A program made the translations under genes and the position numbers. DNA of 31,120 nucleotides from Acidobacteriota bacterium (GTDB taxonomy: Bacteria > Acidobacteriota > UBA6911 > JACQSX01): the NCBI GenBank assembly GCA_036507075.1, contig DASXQR010000193.1:1-31120 (forward strand), written 5' to 3'. Positions 29,305 to 31,120 of the stretch are shown here, piece after piece. The notes beneath the pieces were generated by a model. That model worked only from the letters and a program-made list of their open reading frames with translations, did no database searches and was not told the origin of the DNA. Position 1 is the stretch's first letter. Each line of letters begins with the position of its first letter.

Positions 29305-30570
29305 ATGAGCAGACGACCTATCCTGCAAATCGCCTTGCTCCTGGCTGCGTTGACTCCCGGGCCTTCCGCACAAACGCAGAAGAGACTGTGGGTTCTGCAA
29401 CCTCCTGACAAATTTGTCGAGTACGACATCGCCACGTTTGCGCCCGGGCAGTCGCTGACCGTTCCCGCCGAAGTTCTGAGAAATCCCGAGACTCTTGCCG
29501 TCAACAACAAGGGGCAGATATTGTTTACTCCCCGACGCGACGAGGCGGCGCTCGATCCCAAGCCGAATACAACGCTCTGGTTCTGGGACGGTCACAGGGG
29601 AGTACTCCTGGATCGCGGCATAGTCGAGAAGGCGCGTCCGGCTGGTCGCAGCTCAACGGTCGTGGAGGCTGTTCCGCAACCCTTCCTGTCGGAAGATGGA
29701 GCACATCTCTACTGGTTTGCAAATTTTTTCACAAAGCAGAAGTCAACAGAGGGCCTCGAACGATCGGTAGAAACAAGCTTCCGCATCTGGCGGACCGACT
29801 TGAGCGGCAAAAGAGCAGAACAGATCGCAACTTTTTCGTTTCTTCCATGCAAATGCGACACAGGCACCTGTGAGGAGACTTGCCCCCAGGGTGAATTCTG
29901 GGCGCCGGAGGCGGGTGTGGGCGACTTTTTTCTCGTCACGCATTGGGTTCCTGGCCAGCTCGGCTCGGAATACCAGTCCAGTTTTCTCTACCGGAAGCTC
30001 AACGGAAATTGGCCGCCGCGGAAACTGCCCCATCCGGTAAGCGTCATTCTCGACGCCGCCAGCGGCGGAGCGACGATGGTTGAGGCAAATCCCGATGGCG
30101 CCTGTTGCGGCCGGGTGAACGAAGGCGATGATCAGACGCTGATCACAAGAAACGGAAGAACGACAATGCTGTTTGACGAGCTCGAGCGATACCACAACCC
30201 GGACTATGACGTCAGCTTCAGGACCCGAGTGGCAAAGCTGGCGCCGCGACTTGATTCTGTTGCAATGGAAATCGTTTCATCAGCAGAAGTCGGAGGCGAG
30301 GTTCGGCTTTTAAGCGACGGAACGGCAAGCGCCGGTGAACTGGCTGAAATCAAGAGGGCAATGGCTCAGATGCCTGTCGTTGAAGTGCTGACGCTCGACC
30401 CGTCGCCCAAACGCGCCGCCATGCTGCCGCATACAGCGTTGGTGGGCTGGCTCACCGAGAACGAGATTCTGATTGTGGAAGACCAACAGCTTGTTGCTTT
30501 CAACCCTCTTACCCGGTCGCGACGAAAATCCGGAATCAAAACGGCACCCTCCCGTGTTTTCCTACGATGA
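29305..30570 (+). CDS. Hypothetical secreted protein with Cys clusters
   Basis: Signal peptide MSRRPILQIALLLAALTPGPSA; CKCDTGTCEETCP and ACCG motifs; starts 14 bp after ptrB. Confidence 0.75.
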   Translation: MSRRPILQIALLLAALTPGPSAQTQKRLWVLQPPDKFVEYDIATFAPGQSLTVPAEVLRNPETLAVNNKGQILFTPRRDEAALDPKPNTTLWFWDGHRGVLLDRGIVEKARPAGRSSTVVEAVPQPFLSEDGAHLYWFANFFTKQKSTEGLERSVETSFRIWRTDLSGKRAEQIATFSFLPCKCDTGTCEETCPQGEFWAPEAGVGDFFLVTHWVPGQLGSEYQSSFLYRKLNGNWPPRKLPHPVSVILDAASGGATMVEANPDGACCGRVNEGDDQTLITRNGRTTMLFDELERYHNPDYDVSFRTRVAKLAPRLDSVAMEIVSSAEVGGEVRLLSDGTASAGELAEIKRAMAQMPVVEVLTLDPSPKRAAMLPHTALVGWLTENEILIVEDQQLVAFNPLTRSRRKSGIKTAPSRVFLR

Positions 30571-30637
30571 TCGCTTCCCCCAGTGATTGACGATAAACCG
30601 AGCGGGATATTTTGAAAAAGAGTAGTCTTCTTTTCTC

Positions 30638-30724
30638 ATGATCCGCGTACAGGGCCTGATCAGAATCTTTGGAGAACTCGGGGCGGTACGGGATATCTCA
30701 TTTGCCGTCGCCGCGATCAGCTGA
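30638..30724 (+). pseudogene. 5' stub of an ABC transporter ATP-binding gene running into the CRISPR repeat
   Basis: Translates MIRVQGLIRIFGELGAVRDISFAVA, typical of the ABC ATPase N-terminus before Walker A. Codon 25 begins at 30710, where the partial repeat starts; the frame stops at TGA inside the repeat. Confidence 0.7.
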
Positions 30725-31120
30725 TCGCGGAATCCAGAACCCTCACAAACAACTCTTTCAGCGGAATGGGGCTTCAATGGGGCCGCGATCAGCTGATCGC
30801 GGAATCACGAGAGCAAAGCCCGTAGACAGCAGCATCGCAAGGCTTGAATGGGGCCGCGATCAGGAAGGCCAGCAGGTCCAGGTTGCCCTTGCTTCAATGG
30901 GGCCGCGATCAGCTGATCGCGGAATCACGTAGGTCGTGACGAAGGCCGGATTCCCTTCTTCGTGCTTCAATGGGGCCGCGATCAGCTGATCGCGGAATCG
31001 ACGGAAAGACTCCGCAAAGGGTGCCGTGTGTGTCTCGCTTCAATGGGGCCGCGATCAGCTGATCGCGGAATCATCACCGAACAGATTTACCGCAATGGGA
31101 ATGTAGTTGCTTCAATGGGG
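30710..31120 (-). CRISPR. CRISPR array with 36-bp repeat, type I-G (I-U)-like, continuing past the window end
   Basis: GCTTCAATGGGGCCGCGATCAGCTGATCGCGGAATC at 30771, 30891, 30964 and 31037; partial copies at 30710-30734, 30842-30863 and 31109-31120. Unique spacers of 36, 35, 27 (truncated), 37, 37 and 36 bp. The minus-strand repeat ends ATTGAAGC. Confidence 0.97.

Noticed and set aside
29305..30570. CRISPR-adjacent ORF as a novel Cas effector
   Set aside because: It has a signal peptide, shows no recognisable RuvC, HNH, HEPN or RAMP motifs, is tied to ptrB and is separated from the array by the ABC stub.
30669..30932. 87-aa ORF with repeated ASMGPRSADRGIT
   Set aside because: It is a translation of the CRISPR repeats.

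Overview
GC-rich bacterial window whose gene content (two carboxypeptidase-regulatory-domain TonB-dependent receptors, a VWFA-related protein, a wHTH-TolB-TPR regulator) suggests Acidobacteriota; the taxon is an inference. Left to right it holds: a membrane protein, a wHTH/TolB-like/TPR regulator, two secreted DUF1326-like Cys-motif proteins and a TonB-dependent receptor. Next come a PafA-type alkaline phosphatase that appears circularly permuted, a second receptor, a beta-propeller phytase with a divergent LacI gene and three operator-like boxes, a CzcA/CusA fragment, a PiT transporter and a phytase remnant. These are followed by an HTH plus double ClpX-type zinc-finger gene with tandem operators, a SAM methyltransferase, a KefC-type antiporter, a GH29 fucosidase, a TrbI/VirB10-like-VWA fusion, oligopeptidase B and a Cys-rich secreted protein. 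The window ends in a CRISPR array (36-bp repeat, type I-G-like) whose left edge is fused to the 5' stub of an ABC ATPase gene; no cas genes are in view. Intergenic regions are dense in REP/REPIN-like palindromes. All calls come from manual motif recognition; no database searches were run.
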